Below, one piece after another: positions 11,301 through 24,400 of a stretch of 64,000 bases of DNA (the stretch's first letter is position 1; each line of letters starts with the position of its first letter). The notes under the pieces were generated by a model. That model worked only from the letters and a program-made list of their open reading frames with translations, did not search any database and was not told where the DNA came from. The stretch is from NCBI RefSeq assembly GCF_964204645.1, contig NC_134036.1, positions 6,905,681-6,969,680 on the forward strand. The letters run 5' to 3'. Both the position numbers and the translations under genes were made by a program. This stretch comes from Tubulanus polymorphus. Taxonomy: Eukaryota > Animalia > Nemertea.

Positions 11301-14300
11301 CAGTAGGTCGGTCGTCCATCCGTTCGTCAGTGTGCCGGCGGTGGTAGTTCGAAAAACGACTAAGTGCTGACCGGGCCTAGATCAGCGTTACGACCCGGTG
11401 CAGTGAGGGAGGGAGAGAGGCAGTAGGTCGGTCGTCCGTCCGGTCGTCAGTGTGCCGGCGGTGGTTGTTCGAAAAACGACTAAGTGCTGACCGGGCCTTG
11501 ATCAGCGTTACGACCCGGTGCAGTGAGGGAGGGAGGGAGGGAGGCAGTAGGTCGGTCGTCCATCCGTTCGTCAGTGTGCCGGCGGTGGTAGTTCGAAAAA
11601 CGACTAAGTGCTGACCGGGCCTTGATCAGCGTTACGACCCGGTGCAGTGAGGGAGGGAGGGAGGGAGGCAGTAGGTCGGTCGTCCATCCGTTCGTCAGTG
11701 TGCCAGCGGTGGTAGTTCGAAAAACGACTAAGTGCTGACCGGGCCTTGATCAGCGTTACGACCCGGTGCAGTGAGGGAGGGAGGGAGGGAGGCAGTAGGT
11801 CGGTCGTCCACCCGTTCGTCAGTGTGCCGGCGGTGGTAGTTCGAAAAAAGACTAAGTGCTGACCGGGCCTAGATCAGCGTTACGACCCGGTGCAGTGAGG
11901 GAGGGAGGGAGGGAGGCAGTAGGTCGGTCGTCCGTCCGGTCGTCAGTGTGCCGGCGGTGGTTGTTCGAAAAACGACTAAGTGCTGACCGAGCCATGATCA
12001 GCGTTACGACCCGGTGCAGTGAGGGAGGGAGGGAGGCACTAGGACAGTCGTCCGCCCGTTAGTCAGTGTGTCGGCGGTTGTTGTTCGAAAAACGACTAAG
12101 TGCTGACCGGGCCATGAACAGCGTTACGACCCGGCACCGGTCAGGAAGGGAGGGAGGGTGGCAGTAGGTCGGTCGTCCGTTCGTTCGTCAGTGTGCCGGC
12201 GGTGGTTGTTCGAAAAACGACTAAGTGCTGACCGGGCCTTGATCAGCGTTACGACCCGGTGCTGTGAGGGAGGGAGGGAGGGAGGGAGGGAGGCAGTAGA
12301 TCGGTCGTCCATCCGTTCGTCAGTGTGCCGGCGGTGGTTGTTCGAAAAACGACTAAGTGCTGACCGGGCCTTGATCAGCGTTACGACCCGGCGCAGTGAG
12401 GGAGGGAGGGAGGGAGGCAGTAGGTCGGTCGTCCATCCGTTCGTCAGTGCGTCGGCGGTGGTTGTTCGAAAAACGACTAAGTGCTGACCGGGCCTTGATC
12501 AGCGTTACGACCCGGAGCATTGAGGGAGGGAGGGAGGCAGTAGGTCGGTCGTCCGTCCGTTTGTCAGTGTGCCGGCAGTGATGGTTGTTCGAAAAACGAC
12601 TAAGGGCTAACCGGGCCTTAATCAGCGTTACGACCCGGCGCTGGTCAAGGAGGGAGGGAGGGAGGGAGGCAGTAGGTCCGTCGTCCGCCCGTTAGTCAGT
12701 GTGTCGGCGGTTGTTGTTCGAAAAACGACTAAGTGCTGACCGGGCCATGAACAGCGTTACGACCCGGCACCGGTCAGGAAGGGAGGGAGGGTGGCAGTAG
12801 GTCGGTCGTCCGTTCGTTCGTCAGTGTGCCGGCGGTGGTAGTTCGAAAAACGACTAAGTGCTGACCGGGCCTTGATCAGCGTTACGACCCGGTGCAGTGA
12901 GGGAGGGAGGGAGGGAGGCAGTAGGTCGGTCGTCCATCCGTTCGTCAGTGTGCCGGCGGTGGTAGTTCGAAAAACGACTAAGTGCTGACCGGGCCTTGAT
13001 CAGCGTTACGACCCGGCACCGGTCAGGGAGGGAGGGAGGGAGGCAGTAGGTCGGTCGTCCGTCCGTTCGTCATTGTGCCGGCGGTGGTAGTTCGAAAAAC
13101 GACTAAGTGCTGACCGGGCCTTGATCAGCGTTACGACCCGGAGCATTGAGGGAGGGAGGGAGGCAGTAGGTCGGTCGTCCGTCCGTTCGTCAGTGTGCCG
13201 GCGGTGGTAGTTCGAAAAACGACTAAGTGCTGACCGGGCCTAGGTCAGCGTTACGACCCGGTGCAGTGAGGGAGGGAGGGAGGCAGTAGGTCGGTCGTCC
13301 GTCCGGTCGTCAGTGTGCCGGCGGTGGTTGTTCGAAAAACGACTAAGTGCTGACCGGGCCATGATCAGCGTTACGACCCGGTGCAGTGAGGGAGGGAGGG
13401 AGGCACTAGGACAGTCGTCCGCCCGTTAGTCAGTGTGTCGGCGGTTGTTGTTCGAAAAACGACTAAGTGCTGACCGGGCCTTGATCAGCGTTACGACCCG
13501 GAGCAGTGAGGGAGGGAGGGAGGCAGTAGGTCGGTCGTCCGTCCGTTCGCCAGTGTGCCGGCGGTGGTTGTTCGAAAAACGACTAAGTGCTGACCGGGCC
13601 TTGATCAGCGTTACGACCCGGAGCATTGAGGGAGGGAGGGAGGCAGTAGGTCGGTCGTCCGTCCGTTTGTCAGTGTGCCGGCAGTGATGGTTGTTCGAAA
13701 AACGACTAAGTGCTGACCGGGCCTTGATCAGCGTTACGACCCGGAGCATTGAGGGAGGGAGGGAGGCAGTAGGTCGGTCGTCCGTCCGTTTGTCAGTGTG
13801 CCGGCAGTGATGGTTGTTCGAAAAACGACTAAGGGCTGACCGGGCCTTAATCAGCGTTACGACCCGGCACCGGTCAGGGAGGGAGGGAGGGAGGCAGTAG
13901 GTCGGTCGTCCGTCCGTTCGTCAGTGTGCCGGCGGTGGTTGTTCGAAAAACGACTAAGTGCTGACCGGGCCTTGATCAGCGTTACGACCCGGAGCAGTGA
14001 GGGAGGGAGGGAGGCAGTAGGTCGGTCGTCCGTCCGTTCGCCAGTGTGCCGGCGGTGGTTGTTCGAAAAACGACTAAGTGCTGACCGGGCCTTGATCAGC
14101 GTTACGACCCGGAGCAGTGAGGGAGGGAGGGAGGCAGTAGGTCGGTCGTCCGTCCGTTCGCCAGTGTGCCGGCGGTGGTTGTTCGAAAAACGACTAAGTG
14201 CTGACCGGGCCTTGATCAGCGTTACGACCCGGAGCATTGAGGGAGGGAGGGAGGCAGTAGGTCGGTCGTCCGTCCGTTCGTCAGTGTGCCGGCGGTGGTT

Positions 14301-14330
14301 GTTCGAAAAACGACTAAGTGCTGACCGGGC
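8400..14330 (+). repeat. Tandem duplication of a ~3.08-kb (~25-monomer) block
   Basis: Constant offset 3079 for ORFs 9317/12396, 10347/13426 and 10845/13924, and for the rare TTCGAAAAAAGACT variant (8770/11849). Boundaries approximate. Confidence 0.85.
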
Positions 14331-17300
14331 CTTAATCAGCGTTACGACCCGGCACCGGTCAGGGAGGGAGGGAGGGAGGCAGTAGGTCGGTCGTCCGTCC
14401 GTTCGTCAGTGTGCCGGCGGTGGTTGTTCGAAAAACGACTAAGTGCTGACCGGGCCTTGATCAGCGTTACGACCCGGAGCAGTGAGGGAGGGAGGGAGGC
14501 AGTAGGTCGGTCGTCCGTCCGTTCGCCAGTGTGCCGGCGGTGGTTGTTCGAAAAACGACTAAGTGCTGACCGGGCCTTGATCAGCGTTACGACCCGGAGC
14601 ATTGAGGGAGGGAGGGAGGCAGTAGGTCGGTCGTCCGTCCGTTTGTCAGTGTGCCGGAAGTGATGGTTGTTCGAAAAACGACTAAGGGCTGACCGGGCCT
14701 TAATCAGCGTTACGACCCGGCGCTGGTCAGGGAGGGAGGGAGGGAGGCAGTAGGTCGGTCGTCCATCCGTTCGTTAGTGTGCCGGCGGTGGTAGTTCGTA
14801 AAACGACTAAGTGCTGACCGGGCATTGATCAGCGTTACGACCCGGTGCAGTGAGGGAGGGAGGGAGGCAGTAGGTCGGTCGTCCGTCCGTTCGCCAGTGT
14901 GCCGGCGGTGGTTGTTCGAAAAACGACTAAGTGCTGACCGGGCCTTGATCAGCGTTACGACCCGGCACCGGTCAGGGAGGGAGGGAGGGAGGCAGTAGGA
15001 CGGTCGTCCGTCCGTTCGTCATTGTGCCGGCGGTTGCTGTTCGAAAAACGACTAAGTGCTGACCGGGCCATGAACAGCGTTACGACCCGGCACCGGTCAG
15101 GGAGGGAGGGAGGGTGGCAGTAGGTCGGTCGTCCATCCGTTCGTCAGTGTGCCGGCGGTGGTTGTTCGAAAAACGACTAAGTGCTGACCGGGCCTTGATC
15201 AGCGTTACCACCCGGTGCAGTGAGGGAGGGAGGGAGGGAGGCAGTAGGTCGGTCGTCCATCCGTTCGTCAGTGTGCCGGCGGTGGTTGTTCGAAAAACGA
15301 CTAAGTGCTGACCGGGCCTAGATCAGCGTTACGACCCGGTGCAGTGAGGGAGGGAGAGAGGCAGTAGGTCGGTCGTCCGTCCGTTCGCCAGTGTGCCGCT
15401 GGTGGTTGTTCGAAAAACGACTAAGTGCTGACCGGGCCTTGATCAGCGTTACGACCCGGAGCAGTGAGGGAGGGAGGGAGGCAGTAGGTCGGTCGTCCGT
15501 CCGTTCGCCAGTGTGCCGCTGGTGGTTGTTCGAAAAACGACTAAGTGCTGACCGGGCCTTGATCAGCGTTACGACCCGGTGCAGTGAGGGAGGGAGGGAG
15601 GCAGTAGGTCGGTCGTCCGTCCGTTCGTCAGTTTGCCGGCAGAGTTGGTTGTTCGAAAAACGACTAAGTGCTGACCGGGCCTTGATCAGCGTTACGACCC
15701 GGTGCAGTGAGGGAGGGAGGAAGGGAGGCAGTAGGTCGGTCGTCCGTCCGGTCGTCAGTGTGCCGGCGGTGGTTGTTCGAAAAACGACTAAGTGCTGACC
15801 GGGCCTTGATCAGCGTTACGACCCGGTGCAGTGAGGGAGGGAGGGAGGCACTAGGACAGTCGTCCGCCCGTTAGTCAGTGTGTGGGCGGTTGTTGTTCGA
15901 AAAACGACTAAGTGCTGACCGGGCCATGAACAGCGTTACGACCCGGCACCGGTCAGGAAGGGAGGGAGGGTGGCAGTAGGTCGGTCGTCCGTTCGTTGGT
16001 CAGTGTGCCGGCGGTGGTAGTTCGAAAAACGACTAAGTGCTGACCGGGCCTTGATCAGCGTTACGACCCGGAGCGGTGTGGGAGGGAGGGGGACAGTAGG
16101 TCGGTCGTCCGTCCGTTCGTCAGTGTGCCGGCAGAGTTGGTTGTTCGAAAAACGACTAAGTGCTGACCGGGCCTTGATCAGCGTTACGACCCTGTGCTGT
16201 GAGGGAGGGAGGGAGGGAGGGAGGGAGGCAGTAGGTCGGTCGTCCATCCGTTCGTCAGTGTGCCGGCGGTGGTTGTTCGAAAAACGACTAAGTGCTGACC
16301 GGGCCTTGATCAGCGTTACGACCCGGTGCAGTGAGGGAGGGAGGGAGGCACTAGGACAGTCGTCCGCCCGTTAGTCAGTGTGTCGGCGGTTGTTGTTCGA
16401 AAAACGACTAAGTGCTGACCGGGCCATGAACAGCGTTACGACCCGGCACCGGTCAGGAAGGGAGGGAGGGTGGCAGTAGGTCGGTCGTCCGTCCGTTCGT
16501 CAGTGTGCTGGAGGTGGTTTTTCGAAAAACGACTAAGTACTGACCGGGCCTTAATCAGCGTTACGACCCGGCACCGGTCAGGGAGGGAGGGAGGAAGGCA
16601 GTAGGTCGGTCGTCCGTCCGTTCGTCAGTGTGCCGGCGGTGGTTGTTCGAAAAACGACTAAGTGCTGACCGGGCCTTGATCAGCGTTACGACCCGGAGCA
16701 GTGAGGGAGGGAGGGAGGCAGTAGGTCGGTCGTCCGTCCGTTCGCCAGTGTGCCGGCGGTGGTTGTTCGAAAAACGACTAAGTGCTGACCGGGCCTTGAT
16801 CAGCGTTACGACCCGGAGCATTGAGGGAGGGAGGGAGGCAGTAGGTCGGTCGTCCGTCCGTTTGTCAGTGTGCCGGCAGTGATGGTTGTTCGAAAAACGA
16901 CTAAGGGCTGACCGGGCCTTAATCAGCGTTACGACCCGGCGCTGGTCAAGGAGGGAGGGAGCGAGGGAGGCAGTAGGTCCGTCGTCCGCCCGTTAGTCAG
17001 TGTGTCGGCGGTTGTTGTTCTAAAAACGACTAAGTGCTGACCGGGCCATGAACAGCGTTACGACCCGGCACCGGTCAGGAAGGGAGGGAGGGTGGCAGTA
17101 GGTCGGTCGTCCGTCCGTTCGTCAGTGTGCCGGCGGTGGTTGTTCGAAAAACGACTAAGTGCTGACCGGGCCTAGATCAGCGTTACGACCCGGTGCAGTG
17201 AGGGAGGGAGGGAGGCAGTAGGTCGGTCGTCCGTCCGGTCGTCAGTGTGCCGGCGGTGGTTGTTCGAAAAACGACTAAGTGCTGACCGGGCCATGATCAG

Positions 17301-17539
17301 CGTTACGACCCGGTGCAGTGAGGGAGGGAGGGAGGCACTAGGACAGTCGTCCGCCCGTTAGTCAGTGTTTCGGCGGTTGTTGTTCGAAAAACGACTAAGT
17401 GCTGACCGGGCCATGAACAGCGTTACGACCCGGCACCGGTCAGGAAGGGAGGGAGGGAGGCAGTAGGTCGGTCGTCCATCCGTTCGTCAGTGTGCCGGCG
17501 GTGGTAGTTCGAAAAACGACTAAGTGCTGACCGGGCCTT

Positions 17540-20500
17540 GATCAGCGTTACGACCCGGCACTGGTCAGGGAGGGAGGGAGGGAGGAAGGCAGTATATCGG
17601 TCATTCGAAAAACGACTAGGTGCTGACCGGGCCTTGATCAGCATTACGACCCGCCGCAGTGAGGGAGGGAGAGAGGGAGGCAGTAGGTCGGTCGTCAGTC
17701 CGTTCGTCAGTGTGCCGGTGGTAGTTGTTCGAAAAATGACTAAGTGCTGACCGGGCCTTGATCAGCGTTACGACCCGGCACCGGTCAGGGAGGGAGAGAG
17801 GGAGGCAGTAGGTCGGTCGTCCGTCCGTTCGGCAGTGTGCCGGCGGTAGTTGTTCGAAAAATGACTAAGTGCTGACTGGGCCATGATCAGCGTGACGTTT
17901 CGGCACCGGTCAGGGGGGGATGGAGGTAGTAGGTCGGGCGTCCGTCCGTTCGTCAGTGTGCCGGCAGTGATGGTTGTTCGAAAAACGACTAAGTGCTGTC
18001 CGGGCCTTGATCAGCGTTACGATCCGGCGCCGGTCAGGGAGGGAGGGAGGGGGACAGTAGGTCGGTCGTCCATCCGTTCGTCAGTGTGCCGGCGGTGGTT
18101 GTTCGAAAAACGACTAAGGGCTGACCGGGCCTTGATCAGCGTTACGACCCGGCACCGATCAGGGAGGGAGGGAGGGTGGCAGTAGGTCGGTCGTCCGTCC
18201 ATTCGTCAGAGTGCCGGCGGTGGTTGTTCGAAAAACGACTCAGTGATGACCGGGCCTTGATCAGCGTTACGACCCGGCACTGGTCAGGGAGGGAGGGAGG
18301 GAGGAAGGCAGTATATCGGTCATTCGAAAAACGACTAAGTGCTGACCGGGCCTTGATCAGCATTACGACCCGCCGCAGTGAGGGAGGGAGAGAGGGAGGC
18401 AGTAGGTCGGTCGTCAGTCCGTTCGTCAGTGTGCCGGTGGTAGTTGTTCGAAAAATGACTAAGTGCTGACCGGGCCTTGATCAGCGTTACGACCCGGCAC
18501 CGGTCAGGGAGGGAGAGAGGGAGGCAGTAGGTCGGTCGTCCGTCCGTTCGGCAGTGTGCCGGCGGTAGTTGTTCGAAAAATGACTAAGTGCTGACCGGGC
18601 CATGATCAGCGTGACGTTTCGGCACCGGTCAGGGGGGTATGGAGGTAGTAGGTCGGGCGTCCGTCCGTTCGTCAGTGTGCCGGCAGTGATGGTTGTTCGA
18701 AAAACGACTAAGTGCTGTCCGGGCCTTGATCAGCGTTACGATCTGGCGCCGGTCAGGGAGGGAGGGAGGGGGACAGTAGGTCGGTCGTCCATCCGTTCGT
18801 CAGTGTGCCGGCGGTGGTTGTTCGAAAAACGACTAAGGGCTGACCGGGCCTTGATCAGCGTTACGACCCGGAGCAGTGAGGGAGGGAGGGAGGCAGTAGG
18901 TCGGTCGTCCGTCCGTTCGTCAGTGTGCCGGCGGTGGTTGTTGGAAAAACGACTAAGGGCTGACCGGGCCTTGATCAGCGTTACGACCCGGAGCAGTGAG
19001 GGAGGGAGGGAGGGAGGCAGTAGGTCGGTCGTCCGTCCGTTCGTCAGTGTGCCGGCGGTGGTTCTTCGAAAAAACGACTAAGTGCTGACCGGGCCTTGAT
19101 CAGCGTTACGACCCGGCGCTGGTCATGGAGGGAGGGAGGCAGTAGGTCGGTCGTCCATCCGTTCGTTTGTGTGCCGCCGGTGGTGGTTCGAAAAACGACT
19201 AAGTGCTGACTGGGCCTTGATCAGCGTTATGACTTGGCAACGGCCAGGGAGGGAGGGATGGAGGTAGTAGGTCGGTCGTCCGTCCGTTCGTCAGTGTGCC
19301 GGCAGTACTGGTTGTTCGAAAAACAATTAAGTGCTGACCGGGCCTTGATCAGCGTTACGACCCGGAGCAGTGAGGGAGGGAGGGAGGCAGTAGGTCGGTC
19401 GTCCGTCCGTTCGTCAGTGTGCCGGCAGTACTGGTTGTTCGAAAAACAATTAAGTGCTGACCGGGCCTTGATCAGCGTTACGACCCGGAGCAGTGAGGGA
19501 GGGAGGGAGGGAGGCAGTAGGTCGGTCGTCCGTCCGTTTGTCAGTGTGCCAGCAGTGATGGTTGTTCGAAAAACAACTAAGGGCTGACCGGGCCTTGATC
19601 AGCGTTACGACCCGGAACAGTGAGGGAGGGAGGGAGTCAGTAGGTAGGTCGTTCGTCCGTTCGTCAGTGTTCCGGCAGTGGTGGTTCGAAAAACGACTAA
19701 GTGCTGACCGGGCCTTGATCAGCGTTACGATCCGGCACCGGTCAGGGAGGGAGGGAGGGTGGCAGTAGGTCGGTCGTCCGTCCGTTCGTCAGTGTGCCGG
19801 CGGTTGTGGTTCGAAAAACGACTAAGTGCTGACCGGGCCTTGATCAGCGTTACGACCCGGTGCAGTGAGGGAGGGAGGGAGGGAGGAAGGCAGTATATCG
19901 GTCATTCGAAAAACGACTAAGTGCTGACCGGGCCTTGATCAGCATTACGACCCGCCGCAGTGAGGGAGGGAGAGAGGGAGGCAGTAGGTCGGTCGTCAGT
20001 CCGTTCGTCAGTGTGCCGGTGGTAGTTGTTCGAAAAATGACTAAGTGCTGACCGGGCCTTGATCAGCGTTACGACCCGGCACCGGTCAGGGAGGGAGAGA
20101 GGGAGGCAGTAGGTCGGTCGTCCGTCCGTTCGGCAGTGTGCCGGCGGTAGTTGTTCGAAAAATGACTAAGTGCTGACCGGGCCATGATCAGCGTGACGTT
20201 TCGGCACCGGTCAGGGGGGTATGGAGGTAGTAGGTCGGGCGTCCGTCCGTTCGTCAGTGTGCCGGCAGTGATGGTTGTTCGAAAAACGACTAAGTGCTGT
20301 CCGGGCCTTGATCAGCGTTACGATCCGGCGCCGGTCAGGGAGGGAGGGAGGGGGACAGTAGGTCGGTCGTCCATCCGTTCGTCAGTGTGCCGGCGGTGGT
20401 TGTTCGAAAAACGACTAAGGGCTGACCGGGCCTTGTTCAGCGTTACGACCCGGCACCGGTCAGGGAGGGAGGGAGGGTGGCAGTAGGTCGGTCGTCCGTC

Positions 20501-21050
20501 CATTCGTCAGAGTGCCGGCGGTGGTTGTTCGAAAAACGACTAAGTGATGACCGGGCCTTGATCAGCGTTACGACCCGGTGCAGTGAGGGAGGGAGGGAGG
20601 GAGGGAGGCAGTAGGCCGGTCGTCCGTCCGTTTGTCAGTGTGCCGGCAGTGATGGTTGTTCAGAAAACGACTAAGGGCTTACTGGGCCTTGATCAGCGTT
20701 ACGACCCGGAGCAGTGAGGGAGGGAGGGAGGCAGTAGGTAGGTCGTCCGTCCGTTTGTCAGTGTGCCGGCAGTAATGGTTGTTCGAAAAACGACTAAGTG
20801 CTCACCGGGCCTTGATCAGCGTTACGACCTGGAGCAGTGAAGGAGGAAGGGGGACAGTAGGTCGGTCGTCCGTCCGTTCGTCAGTATGCCGGCGGTGGTT
20901 GTTCAAAAAACGACCAAGTGCTGACAAGGCCTTGATCAGCGTTACGACCCGGCACTGGTCAGGGAGGGAGGGAGGGAGGCAGTAGGTCGGTCATCCGTCC
21001 GTTCGTCAGAGTGCCGGCGGTAGCTGTTCGAAAAACGACTAAGTGCTGAC
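17540..21050 (+). repeat. Diverged monomer island containing a 719-bp 6-monomer higher-order unit (three copies)
   Basis: Private variants GCAGTATATCGGTCATTCGAAAA (~17589, 18308, 19890) and CAGCGTGACGTTTCGGCACCGGTCAGGGGG (~17888, 18607, 20189). ORF offsets 17883/18602 = 719 and 18602/20184 = 1582. Confidence 0.85.
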
Positions 21051-22199
21051 CGGGCCTTGATCAGCGTTACGACCCGGCGCAGTGAGGGAGGGAGGGAGGG
21101 AGGCAGTAGGTCGGTCGTCCATCCGTTTGTCAGTGTGCCGGCGGTGGTTGTTCGAAAAACGACTAAGTTCTGACCGGGCCTTGATCAGCGTTACGACCCG
21201 ATGCAGTGAGGGAGGGAGGGAGGCACTAGGACAGTCGTCCGCCCGTTAGTCAGTGTGTCGGCGGTTGTTGTTCGAAAAACGACTAAGCTGACCGGGCCAT
21301 GAACAGCGTTACGACCCGGCACCGGTCAGGAAGGGAGGGAGGGTGGCAGTAGGTCGGTCGTCCGTCCGTTCGTCAGTGTGCCGGCGGTGGTTGTTCGAAA
21401 AACGACTAAGTGCTGACCGGGCCTTAATCAGCGTTACGACCCGGCACCGGTCAGGGAGGGAGGGAGGGAGGGAGGCAGTAGGTCGGTCGTCCGTCCGTTC
21501 GTCAGTGTGCCGGCGGTGGTTGTTCGAAAAACGACTAAGTGCTGACCGGGCCTTGATCAGCGTTACGACCCGGAGCAGTGAGGGAGGGAGGGAGGCAGTA
21601 GGTCGGTCGTCCGTCCGTTCGCCAGTGTGCCGGCGGTGGTTTTTCGAAAAACGACTAAGCGCTGACCGGGCCTTAATCAGCGTTACGACCCGGAGCATTG
21701 AGGGAGGGAGGGAGGCAGTAGGTCGGTCGTCCGTCCGTTTGTCAGTGTGCCGGCAGTGATGGTTGTTCGAAAAACGACTAAGGGCTGACTGGGCCTTGAT
21801 CAGCGTTACGACTTGGCAACGGCCAGGGAGGGAGGGATGGAGGTAGTAGGTCGGTCGTCCGTCCGTTCGTCAGTGTGCCAGCAGTACTGGTTGTTCGAAA
21901 AACAATTAAGTGCTGACCGGGCCTTGATCAGCGTTATGACCCGGAGCAGTGAGGGAGGGAGGGAGGCAGTAGGTCGGTCGTCCGTCCGTTCGTCAGTGTG
22001 CCGGCAGTACTGGTGGTTCGAAAAACAATTAAGTGCTGACCGGGCCTTGATCAGCGTTACGACCCGGAGCAGTGAGGGAGGGAGGGAGGGAGGGAGGCAG
22101 TAGGTCGGTCGTCCGTCCGTTTGTCAGTGTGCCGGCAGTGATGGTTGTTCGAAAAACGACTAAGGGCTGACCGGGCCTTGATCAGCGTTACGACCCGGA

Positions 22200-24400
22200 A
22201 CAGTGAGGGAGGGAGGGTGGCAGTAGGTCGGTCGTCCGTTCGTTCGTCAGTGTGCCGGCGGTGGTAGTTCGAAAAACGACTAAGTGCTGACCGGGCCTTG
22301 ATCAGCGTTACGACCCAGTGCAGTGAGGGAGGGAGGGAGGCAGTAGGTCGGTCGTCCGTCCGTTCGTCAGTGTGCCGGCGGTGGTTGTTCGAAAAACGAC
22401 TAAGTGCTGACCGGGTCTTGATCAGCGTTACGACCCGGTGCAGTGAGGGAGGGAGGGAGGGAGGGAGGCAGTAGGTCGGTCGTCCATCCGTTCGTCAGTG
22501 TGCCGGCGGTGGTTGTTCGAAAAACGACTAAGTGCTGAGCGGGCCTTGATCAGCGTTACGGCCCGGTGCAGTGAGGGAGGGAGGGAGGGAGGGAGGCAGT
22601 AGGTCGGTCGTCCATCCGTTCGTCAGTGTGCCGGCGGTGGTTGTTCGAAAAACGACTAAGTGCTAACCGGGCCATGATCAGCGTTACGACCCGGTGCAGT
22701 GAGGGAGGGAGGGAGGCACTAGGACAGTCGTCCGCCCGTTAGTCAGTGTGTCGGCGGTTGTTGTTCGAAAAACGACTAAGTGCTGACCGGGCAATGATCA
22801 GCGTTACGACCCGGTGCAGTGAGGGAGGGAGGGAGGCACTAGGACAGTCGTCCGCCCGTTAGTCAGTGTGTCGGCGGTTGTTGTTCGAAAAACGACTAAG
22901 TGCTGACCGGGCCATGAACAGCGTTACGACCCGGCACCGGTCAGGAAGGGAGGGAGGGAGGCAGTAGGTCGGTCGTCCATCCGTTCGTCAGTGTGCCGGC
23001 GGTGGTAGTTCGAAAAACGACTAAGTGCTGACCGGGCCTAGATCAGCGTTACGACCCGGTGCAGTGAGGGAGGGAGAGAGGCAGTAGGTCGGTCGTCCGT
23101 CCGTTCGCCAGTGTGCCGCTGGTGGTTGTTCGAAAAACGACTAAGTGTTGACCGGGCCTTGATCAGCGTTACGACCCGGAGCAGTGAGGGAGGGAGGGAG
23201 GCAGTAGGTCGGTCGTCCGTCCGTTCGCCAGTGTGCCGCTGGTGGTTGTTCGAAAAACGACTAAGTGCTGACCGGGCCTTGATCAGCGTTACGACCCGGT
23301 GCCGTGAGGGAGGGAGGGAGGCAGTAGGTCGGTCGTCCGTCCGTTCGTCAGTTTGCCGGCAGAGTTGGTTGTTCGAAAAACGACTAAGTGCTGACCGGGC
23401 CTTGATCAGCGTTACGACCCGGTGCAGTGAGGGAGGGAGGGAGGGAGGGAGGCAGTAGGTCGGTCGTCCGTCCGGTCGTCAGTGTGCCGGCGGTGGTTGT
23501 TCGAAAAACGACTAAGTGCTGACCGGGCCTTGATCAGCGTTACGACCCGGTGCAGTGAGGGAGGGAGGGAGGCACTAGGACAGTCGTCCGCCCGTTAGTC
23601 AGTGTGTCGGCGGTTGTTGTTCGAAAAACGACTAAGTGCTGACCGGGCCATGAACAGCGTTACGACCCGGCACCGGTCAGGAAGGGAGGGAGGGTGGCAG
23701 TAGGTCGGTCGTCCGTTCGTTGGTCAGTGTGCCGGCGGTGGTAGTTCGAAAAACGACTAAGTGCTGACCGGGCCTTGATCAGCGTTACGACCCGGAGCGG
23801 TGTGGGAGGGAGGGGGACAGTAGGTCGGTCGTCCGTCCGTTCGTCAGTGTGCCGGCAGAGTTGGTTGTTTGAAAAACGACTAAGTGCTGACCGGGCCTTG
23901 ATCAGCGTTACGACCCTGTGCTGTGAGGGAGGGAGGGAGGGAGGCAGTAGGTCGGTCGTCCATCCGTTCGTCAGTGTGCCGGCGGTGGTTGTTCGAAAAA
24001 CGACTAAGTGCTGACCGGGCCTTGATCAGCGTTACGACCCGGTGCAGTGAGGGAGGGAGGGAGGCACTAGGACAGTCGTCCGCCCGTTAGTCAGTGTGTC
24101 GGCGGTTGTTGTTCGAAAAACGACTAAGCTGACCGGGCCATGAACAGCGTTACGACCCGGCACCGGTCAGGAAGGGAGGGAGGGTGGCAGTAGGTCGGTC
24201 GTCCGTCCGTTCGTCAGTGTGCTGGCGGTGGTTTTTCGAAAAACGACTAAGTACTGACCGGGCCTTAATCAGCGTTACGACCCGGCACCGGTCAAGGAGG
24301 GAGGGAGGAAGGCAGTAGGTCGGTCGTCCGTCCGTTCGTCAGTGTGCCGGCGGTGGTTGTTCGAAAAACGACTAAGTGCTGACCGGGCCTTGATCAGCGT
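22200..24400 (+). repeat. Block duplicated at ~28200-30400 (offset ~5.98 kb); partial further copies at ~15.3-17.4 kb and ~26.4-27.1 kb
   Basis: Shared rare variants GACCCAGTG (~22312/28292), CCGGGTCTTG (22411/28391), CTGAGCGGG and TACGGCCCGG (~22540-22560/28520-28540), and AAGTGTTGA (~23145/26805/29125). ORF offsets 23111/29091 = 5980; 15391/29091 and 16628/30328 = 13700. Confidence 0.85.
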
